Source of the DNA: Phycisphaerae bacterium
GTDB lineage: Bacteria; Planctomycetota; Phycisphaerae; UBA1845; Fen-1342
Direction of reading: 5' to 3'
NCBI GenBank assembly: GCA_050115495.1
Contig: JASFQK010000010.1
Location: forward strand, 32,001 to 96,000
Length of the DNA: 64,000 nt
Part shown: piece by piece, positions 1 to 9,053 of the stretch
Position numbering within the stretch: position 1 is the first letter of the stretch
Layout: every line of letters starts with the position of its first letter
Position numbers and translations under genes: made by a program
Notes under the pieces: model-generated
The model's input: the letters and a program-made list of their open reading frames with translations, nothing else
Databases searched by the model: none
What the model was told of the DNA's origin: nothing

Positions 1-143
1 GGCACTCTCCTGCTTCCGCGGACTTCGAGCCCGGTATCTTAACGCGGCGCGGCCAAACACCCAAACGGCCCGCCGGCGGTCGGCGAATCCCCAGCGGCCG
101 GCCGGGCGGTTACAATGCGGCCCGGTGCAAAAGGAGGTGCCGG

Positions 144-914
144 GTGCGGATTGTGTGTGAACCCAGCGTGTACCTGGTGGGCCGGCAGACGGTGGACGCC
201 GCGGCCGTGGCCCGTTTCCTGGACGAACACGGCCTGTCCTGGTCGACGGATACCGAGGTCGGGGCCGAGACGCTCTGCGAGATGGCCGGCCGGGTCTGCT
301 ACATGTCCTTCGGCCAGGGCCGCAAGACCAACGCCGAGTACCTGGGCAATATCATCGATTCGGAGCACGGCTCGGTCCTGGAGCATGCCGCCTGGAACGT
401 GCTGATCACCGGCGTGTCGCGATCGTTCACGCACGAACTGGTGCGGCACCGGGCCGGGTTCGGCTATTCACAGCTCTCGCAGCGGTACGTGGACGAGAGC
501 ACGGCCGATTTCATCGAGCCGGACTGCATCGCCGAGGACCCGGAACTGCACACCGTTTGGCAGGAGGCGATCGAGCAGGCCCATGCGGCGTACGTGCGGC
601 TGGTCGCCGGCTTGCAGCGGCGGTTCGCGGATGAGCCGTCGGGGACGATGCGGCGGAAGATGGCCCGGCAGGCGGCGCGGAGCGTGCTGCCTAACGCCAC
701 GGAGACGAAGATCTTCGTGACGGGGAACGGGCGGGCTTGGCGCCATTTCATCGAGATGCGGGCCAGCGAGCACGCCGAGGTGGAGATCCGCAAGGTGGCC
801 CTGAAGATCCTGCGGCTACTCCAGGTGGAGGCGCCGCACGTGTTCGGCGATTACGAGGTTATCAGACTGGACAGCGGGGTGGAGGTGGCCCGCACCGGGC
901 ATCGGAAGGTTTGA
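144..914 (+). CDS. thyX: FAD-dependent thymidylate synthase
   Basis: AGRVCYMS, HGSVLEH, VSRSFTHELVRHR...SQLSQRY and ARSVLPNATET motifs; AAGGAGG RBS before the GTG start. Confidence 0.96.
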   Translation: MRIVCEPSVYLVGRQTVDAAAVARFLDEHGLSWSTDTEVGAETLCEMAGRVCYMSFGQGRKTNAEYLGNIIDSEHGSVLEHAAWNVLITGVSRSFTHELVRHRAGFGYSQLSQRYVDESTADFIEPDCIAEDPELHTVWQEAIEQAHAAYVRLVAGLQRRFADEPSGTMRRKMARQAARSVLPNATETKIFVTGNGRAWRHFIEMRASEHAEVEIRKVALKILRLLQVEAPHVFGDYEVIRLDSGVEVARTGHRKV

Positions 915-938
915 GCCGGCCGGCTGAAGGAGCAGCTT

Positions 939-2045
939 GTGAGGACGATGCGGAGGTTCCCGGGCCGGTGGCTGGCGCTGCTGGTCGTGGTCGGCGGGGC
1001 GGCGCTGGCGCTGGCCGAGCTGGCCGACGTGTACCTGCGCAATGGCCTGCGCCTGCGCGGGGATGTGGAGATGACCGAGGAAGAGGTCATCATCCGCACA
1101 GAGTTGGGCGAGTTGCGCTATCCGCGGGACATGGTCGAACGGGTTGTGCCGGCGACGTCCAGCCAGCCGGCCCCGGAGACGCAGCCGGCGACGACGCAGC
1201 CCACCGAGCTAGCCGAGCCGGCCGAGCCCACGGAAGAGACCGGGCGAGCCGCGCCGCCGATGCTCTCGGCCCTGGACATCCAGCGGCTGAAGCTGTCTGA
1301 GCTGCGCGTCGACGGCGACCCGGAGAAGGTGCGCGTGCGCTTCGCCGGCCGGAACCAGCGCGAGTTGCCAGCCGAAGTGCTGACCGAGCTGACGACGCGG
1401 CCGAACTACCGGGATGTGTGGGAGGAGACCCTGTTGAGAGGCACGCCGCAGGAGAAGCTCCAGCTCATCGCCGCCACGACCGGCCTGAAGTACGTGGACC
1501 GCATCACGATCAACAACGACCCGGAGGTGTTCGCGGCATTTCGCAGCGGCGTGTTGCCGACGGTCGTGAAGTCGTGTGCCCGGCGGGGTTGCCACTCGGG
1601 CGACGATGCGGTGGACTTCCGGTTTCCGAAGGGGCCGACGACGAGCGAGGCGTACGCGTACACGACGTTCGCCCTGCTGGAACGGATGGAGACGAAGCAG
1701 GGGGTGATGATCAACCGCGACAATCCGGAGGGTGGCGTGCTGGATGGCAGCGTGCTACTCAGCTACCTGCTGCCACAGCGGGACAACCCGCAGGCCCATC
1801 CGCCGGTGCCGGGCACGCGGCAGTTCAAGCCGGGGCTGCGCGGGCGCGATAACGTGCTGTACGAGCGGATCCGCGACTGGATCAACCTGTTGCGTACGCC
1901 GCACCCGAAGTACGAGCTCGAGTACGAATTCCCGGCGGACCTGCCGGGGCTGACGCTGCACGAGGGCGAGGAGGAAGCGCCCGCGCCGGCGACGGAGCCG
2001 CGGCCGGCAGGGCCGTTCGACAAGCCGCCGGCGCCGCAGCCGTAG
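939..2045 (+). CDS. Exported hypothetical protein with an N-terminal Sm/SHD1-like beta domain and a CxxxxCH (CARRGCH) putative haem-binding motif
   Basis: Signal peptide (RWLALLVVVGGAALALA); DVYLRNG..LRG beta-domain pattern; P/T/E-rich linker; CARRGCH; AAGGAG RBS. Confidence 0.7.
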   Translation: MRTMRRFPGRWLALLVVVGGAALALAELADVYLRNGLRLRGDVEMTEEEVIIRTELGELRYPRDMVERVVPATSSQPAPETQPATTQPTELAEPAEPTEETGRAAPPMLSALDIQRLKLSELRVDGDPEKVRVRFAGRNQRELPAEVLTELTTRPNYRDVWEETLLRGTPQEKLQLIAATTGLKYVDRITINNDPEVFAAFRSGVLPTVVKSCARRGCHSGDDAVDFRFPKGPTTSEAYAYTTFALLERMETKQGVMINRDNPEGGVLDGSVLLSYLLPQRDNPQAHPPVPGTRQFKPGLRGRDNVLYERIRDWINLLRTPHPKYELEYEFPADLPGLTLHEGEEEAPAPATEPRPAGPFDKPPAPQP

Positions 2046-2230
2046 CAGTTTCTATGGGTCGTGGGGCGCAGCGATTGCGCGGCCGGGAAAGTTGTATCGG
2101 GGTGGCCCCATAATTGGTGCATGCTGGAGCCTGCAAGCGGCGCGGTCGCGACGTTGTCGCCGCTGCGCCGAAATGGCCTTTCCTTTTGCCGGCGAGCAGT
2201 GCTATCGTTTGGTGAGAGAGTGTAGTCAGC

Positions 2231-2758
2231 ATGCCTCGAAACTACTTTGCCATTCTGGGACTCGCGCCCGGTCAGTACGACCCCGCCGAGATCACCAAGC
2301 GCTTTCAGCGCGAGCGGGAACGCCTGCTGCAAGCGCTCAGTGATCCGCGCAGCTACGCGCGAGCCCGGCGGCAACTCGACGACCTGCACCTGGCCTACGC
2401 GGCGCTGCGTCGGCCGCAGGCACAGGCGGCCGTGCTGGCGCCGCCGCCGGCAGCAGAGGAAAGCGGCGACGTCGCCCGCCTGCGGCGGATGATCGCGGCT
2501 TCGCTCGAAGACGGGCTGCTGCGTTACTCCCGGCGGCGCGACATTCTCGCCGCCGCTCAGGAGTTGGGTTTCTCCGACTTTCAGACACAACTGCTCATTG
2601 CCCAGGTGCAGTTCGGCGATGATCAGATTCCGTTTGGCACCGGGGCGGCCCGGCGTCAGCCGGCGAGTGCGGCGGCGCGGGCCTGGGCCGGGGCGACAGC
2701 CGTCGGTGTGCTGGCCATGATGATGTTCTTCGTGCTGATGCACTGGCTGGCGGGGTGA
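2231..2758 (+). CDS. J-domain-like membrane protein lacking HPD
   Basis: NYFAILGL start and AYAALRRP helix III pattern; C-terminal transmembrane helix. Confidence 0.65.
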   Translation: MPRNYFAILGLAPGQYDPAEITKRFQRERERLLQALSDPRSYARARRQLDDLHLAYAALRRPQAQAAVLAPPPAAEESGDVARLRRMIAASLEDGLLRYSRRRDILAAAQELGFSDFQTQLLIAQVQFGDDQIPFGTGAARRQPASAAARAWAGATAVGVLAMMMFFVLMHWLAG

Positions 2759-2932
2759 ATCCTTCCTGATCCTGACGAGCATGATGTGCGGATGATCCGC
2801 GCCGCGGGGCCTTTCGGTTCCGCCGACGAGCGGGTAGGGTCCGCGTAATCAGCTCGGCGTGCGCCCTCACGGGCCCGGTGATAAGGCCCTGGGGCGGGGG
2901 CGGCGAGCGATCAGCAACGTTCAGGAGCCGTC

Positions 2933-5380
2933 ATGACGACCCAGCCCAACACCGACAGTCCCGAGACGGGCGCCGGCGCGACTGCGGCCGCCCACGAGCA
3001 CAGAGCCTTCGGCCGCTCGTACTGGATGCTCAACAGCATCGAGATGTTCGAGCGGCTGGCCTATTTCGGCATCCGGGCCGTGGTGCCCCTCTACATCATG
3101 CAGGCCACCGAGCCGGGCGGCCTGCATCTCAGCGCCCTCCACAAAGGCTGGATCTACATGTGGTGGGCACTGTTCCAGTCGTTCCTGCCGATCGTCACCG
3201 GCGGCATCGCCGACCGGTACGGGTACAAGCGGGTTCTGTTCTTCTCCATCTCGGCCAACATCGTCGGCTACCTGATGATGGCGAACCTGCACAACTACTA
3301 CGGCTTCTTCGCCGGGATCCTGGTGCTGGCGACGGGGACGGCGTTCTTCAAGCCGGCATTACAGGGTTCCCTGGCGCAGAATCTGACGAAGGAGAACTCG
3401 TCGCTCGGCTGGGGCATCTTCTATTGGGTGGTGAACGTGGGGGCGGTGTCGGCGCCATTTGTGTCGACGGCCATTCTCGGCAAGCCGCACAGCCTCGAGG
3501 GCTGGCAGACGCTGTTCTACGCCTGTGCGATCTTCACGGCGTTCAACCTGCTGCTGCTGCTCACGTTCCGCGACGTGCCCTCGGGCGCGGACAAGAGCGA
3601 GTCGCCCTTCAAGGTGCTCTACAACACGATCGCCAACATCTTCGAGGTGCGGCTGGTCATCTGGCTGCTGATCATGTCGTGCTTCTGGCTGATGATGTAC
3701 CAGCTCTGGGACCTGCATCCGAACTTCATCACGGATTGGGTGGACAGCTCGGCGGTGGCAGCCCACATGCCCTTCGACGCGTGGTGGGAGTGGGGCGACC
3801 GCGGCCTCATCCAGGTGCCGCAGCAGATTCTGCTGAACCTCAACGCCGCCCTGATCATCGTGCTGATGGTGCCGATGTCGTGGATCTCGGGAAAGATGCG
3901 CACGCTCAGCGCCATGATGGTCGGCATGTCGGTGGCCACGCTCGGCGTGCTCGTTGCCGGCTGGACGATGAGCGGTTGGATGTTCCTGGCCGGCGTCGTG
4001 TTCTTCTCGCTCGGCGAGATGTGGACCGGGCCCAAGAAGAACGAGTATCTCGGCCTGATCGCCCCGCCCGGGAAGAAGGGGCTCTATCTCGGATACGTGA
4101 ACATACCGGTCGGTATCGGCGTCGGCATTGGCTCCTACTTCGGCGGCTGGCTGTACGACAACTACGGCGAGAAGGCCACGCTGGCGCTGAAGGAGCTGGC
4201 GACGCAGCCGGCGCTGGTGGCGCGGGCGGCGCAATCGGCGGACTGGAGCGACGCGCTGGACAAGCTGCCGGGGCTGCTGCACATCGAGCGCGGGCAGGCG
4301 TTCGCCAATGCCCGTGACGAGATGGGGCTCGATGACGCCGCCGCCGGGGAGCGGATACGTGGGTTCTTCCGGTACGACCGCGGTCAGGCGATCAACCTGT
4401 GCCTGTTGTATCTGGCCGAGCAGGAGGCCTATCGCCCGGCGGTGGAGCAGGGCCGGGCGCAGGCGGTGAAGTCCGGCAAGCTGCCGGACGGCGTCGGCGT
4501 GGGGCGGTGCATCGAGCTGATCCCGGGCTGGATCGGAAAGAAGCGCATCGAGGTCCTCGATCTCGTACGCGAAGCGATCCACGAGCAGGACGCTCAGGCG
4601 GGCGACGCGGAGATCGAAGCGCAGCTCTGGGAACGCTTCGGCGGCGATCCCGAAGTGCTCAACAACCTCGCCCTCGAGTATCTGGCGCAAGGGACCAACC
4701 GCCTGCGCGATGCCGTCGCCGAGTTCGAGCTGAAGAGCCCGCCCGAGCAGATCAAGCAGCGCGTGCGGGAGATCGAGGACACTATCGGCATTGGCAGGAC
4801 GAAGTCGTTCGCCGCATTGACGGCGGCGCTGGGCGTGGATGACGCCGCACTGGACAAGGCGGTCGCCGAGAGCGGGGCGGCGGATGTCTATTGCTACCTG
4901 GCGGGTCTGGATCATCGCCGATTCCTGGCCGTCGCCCGGCGGGACTGGACGAATGATGTGGGGCTGTTGCGGGAGATGATCGAGACCGACGCCGAGGCGA
5001 AGGCGTATGTCGAGCAGCACGTGTGGGAGAAGAGCGTTTGGGAGCGTCTCGGGTCGTTGTTTGGCGAGCAAGAGCAGCAGGACGTATACGCGCGGCTGGC
5101 GGGGAAGCAGGATCTGATTCAGCGGGCGCTGGAGCGGAAGGACTGGTCGAAGGCGTCGGCGCAGGCCGCCGGCCTGTTGCAGCTCAATCCGTTCGAGGCG
5201 CGGGCGCTGGCGGCCGCCGAGGTGAATCACGCGGCGCAGACGGCGACGGGGATGCTGTGGGAGAAGTACCAGCCGAACCGGTACGTATGGTTGCCGATTG
5301 TGGGGATCGGAGTTGTGGCAACAATTGCGCTAGGCGTGTTCGGGCAGATGGCCCGGCGTTGGAACGACATGAACGCGTAG
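2933..5380 (+). CDS. MFS transporter (POT/PTR-like) with a large inserted soluble region before the last TM helix
   Basis: EMFERLAYFG (ExxER), GGIADRYG, FYWVVNVG and SLGEM motifs; about 11 hydrophobic helices plus a terminal TM. Confidence 0.88.
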   Translation: MTTQPNTDSPETGAGATAAAHEHRAFGRSYWMLNSIEMFERLAYFGIRAVVPLYIMQATEPGGLHLSALHKGWIYMWWALFQSFLPIVTGGIADRYGYKRVLFFSISANIVGYLMMANLHNYYGFFAGILVLATGTAFFKPALQGSLAQNLTKENSSLGWGIFYWVVNVGAVSAPFVSTAILGKPHSLEGWQTLFYACAIFTAFNLLLLLTFRDVPSGADKSESPFKVLYNTIANIFEVRLVIWLLIMSCFWLMMYQLWDLHPNFITDWVDSSAVAAHMPFDAWWEWGDRGLIQVPQQILLNLNAALIIVLMVPMSWISGKMRTLSAMMVGMSVATLGVLVAGWTMSGWMFLAGVVFFSLGEMWTGPKKNEYLGLIAPPGKKGLYLGYVNIPVGIGVGIGSYFGGWLYDNYGEKATLALKELATQPALVARAAQSADWSDALDKLPGLLHIERGQAFANARDEMGLDDAAAGERIRGFFRYDRGQAINLCLLYLAEQEAYRPAVEQGRAQAVKSGKLPDGVGVGRCIELIPGWIGKKRIEVLDLVREAIHEQDAQAGDAEIEAQLWERFGGDPEVLNNLALEYLAQGTNRLRDAVAEFELKSPPEQIKQRVREIEDTIGIGRTKSFAALTAALGVDDAALDKAVAESGAADVYCYLAGLDHRRFLAVARRDWTNDVGLLREMIETDAEAKAYVEQHVWEKSVWERLGSLFGEQEQQDVYARLAGKQDLIQRALERKDWSKASAQAAGLLQLNPFEARALAAAEVNHAAQTATGMLWEKYQPNRYVWLPIVGIGVVATIALGVFGQMARRWNDMNA

Positions 5381-5514
5381 CGGCCGTATCGAGAGCGGGG
5401 GGGGCTGGGACGCCCGCGGTAACGCGCCCTGTCTAGACGACTTGCGTGTCTCAATTGCCGTCGGTGGCTGGTTTGCCCGGGGCGGTGGTGTGACCTGTTT
5501 GACCGAAGGCCGCG

Positions 5515-5526
5515 ACGGGCTAGAAT
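5515..5526 (+). promoter_or_regulatory. Putative extended -10 promoter element (ACGGGCTAGAAT)
   Basis: Lies about 40 nt upstream of the kinase ATG; near-identical motifs at 17470-17482 and 21351-21363 on the minus strand. Confidence 0.4.
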
Positions 5527-5564
5527 GAGGTAAGCCCGGAGCAGCACATCCCCGAGGCACCCAC

Positions 5565-8500
5565 ATGTCAGAGCCGTTGCCGGCCCGGAGACCTGCAGAA
5601 GCGGAGCGGGGAGGGGATAGTTCTTGCGCTGGCAGTGCGGGGGGGAGGGTAGGCGTCGATCCCAAACTGGAGCATACACGGTTGCTGCTCGAAGCGATCC
5701 TGGAGCAATGGCCCGTTCCGACCGTAGTGGCCAGCGTTCCCGACCAGATGATCCTCTACGCGAACCGGGCCGCGGTCGAGGCCCTGTGCGTGGCGGACGA
5801 ACCCAGCTACATCGGGATCACGCTGAGTGAAGCCATGGCCCGGCAGACGTGGCGGGATCTCCGGCCGGATGGGACACCCATTCCTCTGACTGACTTGCCC
5901 CTGGCCCGCGCCGCCCGTGGTGAGCTCACGCGCAATGAGGAGTACATCATCGTCCGCAAGGATGGCACGCGACGCTGGCAACTGGTGAGCGGTACGCCCA
6001 TCCACGATCACGATGGTGTCCTGATCGCCGGCTTGGTCGTTTTCCCGGATATCACCGACCGGAAGCTGGCGGAGGACGACCGGGCGCGGCTGACCGCCAT
6101 CGCGGAAGGCACGAGCGACCTGGTCGCGACGGCGACGCCGGCCGGTCGCATCACGTACATGAACGCGGCGGGGCGGCGATTGCTGGGCTGGTCTGAGGCA
6201 GACGACGAGAGCTGTACGATCGACGACAACCATCCGGCCTGGGCGGCCGAGCAAATCCGCAACGTGGCGATTCCGACGGCGATCGCGCAGGGCGTGTGGC
6301 AGGGCGAGACGGTCGTCCGCACGCGGGCGGGCCGCGAGGTCCCCGTCTCGCAGGTTATCCTGTCGCACCGCGACGCGGGCGGCGAGGTACAGTACCTGTC
6401 GACGATCATGCGCGACATGGCGGAGCGCAAGCAGGCGGAGGATGAGATCAAGGCCGCCGCTCGGGAGTGGCAAACGACGTTCGATGCGGTCAGCGACGTG
6501 GTGTGGCTGCTGGACCCGCAATTCCGTGTGGTGCGATGCAATGCGGCGACGCTGCGGCAGTTCAACCGCCCGGTCGACGAGGTTGTGGGCAGACACTGCT
6601 GGGAGATCGTGCACGGCACGCGCAGGCCAATTCCGGAGTGTCCGGTGCTGCGCATGAAGCAGAGCAAACGCCGCGAGTCCACGGAGCTGAAGATCGGCGA
6701 GCGCTGGTACAGTGTCAACGTGGATCCGATCCTGGATGAGGCCGGCAACCTGATTGGGGCCGTCCACATCGTTAGCGATATGACGGACCGCAAGCAGACC
6801 GAACAAGCGCTGCAGAGCCGCATCGTTGCCATGACGCGGCCGCTGGACGATGCGTCGTCGATCGCCTTCTCCGACCTGTTCGATCTGGAGGAGATCCAGA
6901 AGCTCCAGGACGCGTTCACAGAATCCAGCGGCGTGGCGCAGTTGATCACCGACCCTGAGGGCAACCCGATCACGCGTCCGAGCGGGTTCTGCCGTCTGTG
7001 CGCCGAGTTCGTGCGGCAGAGCGAGAAGGGGCGTCAGCGGTGCGCGATCTCCGATGCGTCGCTGGGGCACCTCTGCATCGAAGGCCCCACCGTGCGACCG
7101 TGTCTGAGTGCCGGCTTGTGGGGGGCCGGGGCCAGCATCATGGTCGGGGGAAAGCACATCGCCAACTGGCTGATCGGGCAGGTGCGCAACGAGTCCCTCG
7201 ACTTGAACCAGATCAACCAGTATGCGGCGGAGATTGACGCCGATCCGGAGGAGTTCCGGAAAGCCCTGCTGGAAGTGCCGGTCATGTCGGAGGAGCAGTT
7301 CCGCAAGGTCGCCCGGACGTTGTTCATTCTGGCGAACGAGCTTTCGGCCAAGGCCTATCAGAACGTGCAGCAGGCGCGTTTCATCGCGGAGCGCAAGCAG
7401 GCCGAACAGACGCTGCGCGAAAACGCGGAGCGCCTGCGGCTGGCCATGCAGGCCGCGTCCATGGGCACATGGGAATGGGACCTGGTCGCAGAGCGGGTCA
7501 CCTGGTCGCCGGAGACGCTGGACATCTTCGGCGTCAGTGCCGAGGCATTCGGCGGGACCTACGAGGCTTACCGGGCGTTCGCCGTTCCCGAGGCCCGCGC
7601 GGAAGTGGACGAGATGGTCCGGCGGTTTCTCAGCACCGCCCGCGAAGGCGCGGTGATCCAGTACGAGCACGAGATCGTCCGCGGTGACGGGCGATCCGGC
7701 TGGATTGAAGTGCGGGGCACGATGTTTGTGGACAGCCAGCAGAAGCCGGTGCGCATGACCGGTATCTGCACCGACATCACCGCCCGCAAGGTGGCTGAAC
7801 AGGAGCGGGCCAAGCTGGAAGCGCAACTGCGCCAGTCACAGAAGCTGGAGGCCGTCGGCCAGTTAGCCGGTGGTGTGGCCCACGACTTCAACAACATCCT
7901 GACGGCGGTCTTCGGCAACGTGGAGCTGGCCATCTCCGAGCTGCGGACCAACCACCCCGGCGCCGATGGTGTGCTCGACGGTTTGCAGCAGATCGAGCGC
8001 AGCGCCGAGCGAGCTTCGGCCCTGACGCGGCAACTGCTGGCCTTCAGCCGCCGGCAGGTCACGCGCCCAGAGTTGCTCGACCTGAACCGCACGCTGCGCG
8101 ACCTGGAGAAGATGCTCCGGCGGCTGATCACGGAGAACATCACGCTGACGCTCCATCTCACGACGGACCGCGCGACGGTCCGGGCCGACCCGGGGCAGTT
8201 GGAGCAGGTCATCGTGAACCTGGTGGTCAACGCCCGCGACGCGATGCCCGAGGGCGGCAAGCTCGCCATCGAGACGCAGAACGTCGTCCTGGACGCGTCC
8301 TACGCCGCCACCCATCCGGAGGCCCGCCCCGGGGCCCACGTCCTGCTGGCCGTGAGCGACACGGGCTGCGGCATGGAGCGGGCGACGCAGGAGAAGGTTT
8401 TCGAGCCGTTCTTCACCACCAAGCCCGTCGGCCAGGGCACCGGACTCGGCCTGCCCACCGTCTACGGCATCGTGAAGCAGGCCGGCGGCCACGTGGCCCT

Positions 8501-8999
8501 GTACAGCGAACTCGGGCAGGGCACGACCTTCCGCATCTACCTCCCTCTACTGGATCAGGTGGCCGCCCTCCGCACGCACCAGAAGGCAGACACGCCTCCG
8601 CCGTCGGGTACGGAGACCATCCTCATCTGCGAGGACGACCTGGCGGTGCGGGAACTGGCAGCGTGCATGCTGCGCGAAGCCGGCTACAGCGTGCTGGCTG
8701 CGCCCGACGCCGGCAAGGCCCTGAAACTCGCGGCGGATCATCCGGCGGAGATCGACCTGCTGGTCACCGACGTCATTATGCCGGATATGAACGGCCGCCG
8801 GCTCTCCGACGCCCTGCGACAGGTTCGCCCCGGGTTGCGCACGCTCTTCATGTCCGGCTACCCGTCGAACGTCATCGCTCACCACGGCGTGCTGGAGGAT
8901 GACGTCGAGTTCCTGGAGAAGCCCTTCAGCCGCCGGCTGCTCCTGCAACGCGTCCGCGAAGTGCTGGACCGGGCCAAGTCGCGTGGCGTGCGCGCATAA
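5565..8999 (+). CDS. Cytoplasmic hybrid sensor histidine kinase (PASx3-PocR-PAS-HisKA-HATPase-REC)
   Basis: PAC motifs (DITDRK, DMAERK); PocR-like LQDAF...FCRLC...CLSAGL; VAHDFNN H-box; NLVVNARDA N-box; FEPFFTTK and GTGLGL; receiver DLLVTDVIMP. Confidence 0.95.
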   Translation: MSEPLPARRPAEAERGGDSSCAGSAGGRVGVDPKLEHTRLLLEAILEQWPVPTVVASVPDQMILYANRAAVEALCVADEPSYIGITLSEAMARQTWRDLRPDGTPIPLTDLPLARAARGELTRNEEYIIVRKDGTRRWQLVSGTPIHDHDGVLIAGLVVFPDITDRKLAEDDRARLTAIAEGTSDLVATATPAGRITYMNAAGRRLLGWSEADDESCTIDDNHPAWAAEQIRNVAIPTAIAQGVWQGETVVRTRAGREVPVSQVILSHRDAGGEVQYLSTIMRDMAERKQAEDEIKAAAREWQTTFDAVSDVVWLLDPQFRVVRCNAATLRQFNRPVDEVVGRHCWEIVHGTRRPIPECPVLRMKQSKRRESTELKIGERWYSVNVDPILDEAGNLIGAVHIVSDMTDRKQTEQALQSRIVAMTRPLDDASSIAFSDLFDLEEIQKLQDAFTESSGVAQLITDPEGNPITRPSGFCRLCAEFVRQSEKGRQRCAISDASLGHLCIEGPTVRPCLSAGLWGAGASIMVGGKHIANWLIGQVRNESLDLNQINQYAAEIDADPEEFRKALLEVPVMSEEQFRKVARTLFILANELSAKAYQNVQQARFIAERKQAEQTLRENAERLRLAMQAASMGTWEWDLVAERVTWSPETLDIFGVSAEAFGGTYEAYRAFAVPEARAEVDEMVRRFLSTAREGAVIQYEHEIVRGDGRSGWIEVRGTMFVDSQQKPVRMTGICTDITARKVAEQERAKLEAQLRQSQKLEAVGQLAGGVAHDFNNILTAVFGNVELAISELRTNHPGADGVLDGLQQIERSAERASALTRQLLAFSRRQVTRPELLDLNRTLRDLEKMLRRLITENITLTLHLTTDRATVRADPGQLEQVIVNLVVNARDAMPEGGKLAIETQNVVLDASYAATHPEARPGAHVLLAVSDTGCGMERATQEKVFEPFFTTKPVGQGTGLGLPTVYGIVKQAGGHVALYSELGQGTTFRIYLPLLDQVAALRTHQKADTPPPSGTETILICEDDLAVRELAACMLREAGYSVLAAPDAGKALKLAADHPAEIDLLVTDVIMPDMNGRRLSDALRQVRPGLRTLFMSGYPSNVIAHHGVLEDDVEFLEKPFSRRLLLQRVREVLDRAKSRGVRA

Positions 9000-9053
9000 C
9001 CTCACTCGCGCCGGCGGGGGCGCAGCAGCTTCATTAGCGGCGGGGTCCGCCCG

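Noticed and set aside
440..490. ThyX motif spacing RHR-X8-S instead of X7
   Set aside because: One-residue variation is within known ThyX diversity, and the other motifs are intact
3359..7826. Long antisense ORFs (3359..5230, 5568..7826) and similar ones elsewhere (15077..16774, 24920..26545, 30578..32242)
   Set aside because: They are shadows of well-supported genes on the opposite strand, expected in high-GC DNA, and show no recognisable motifs
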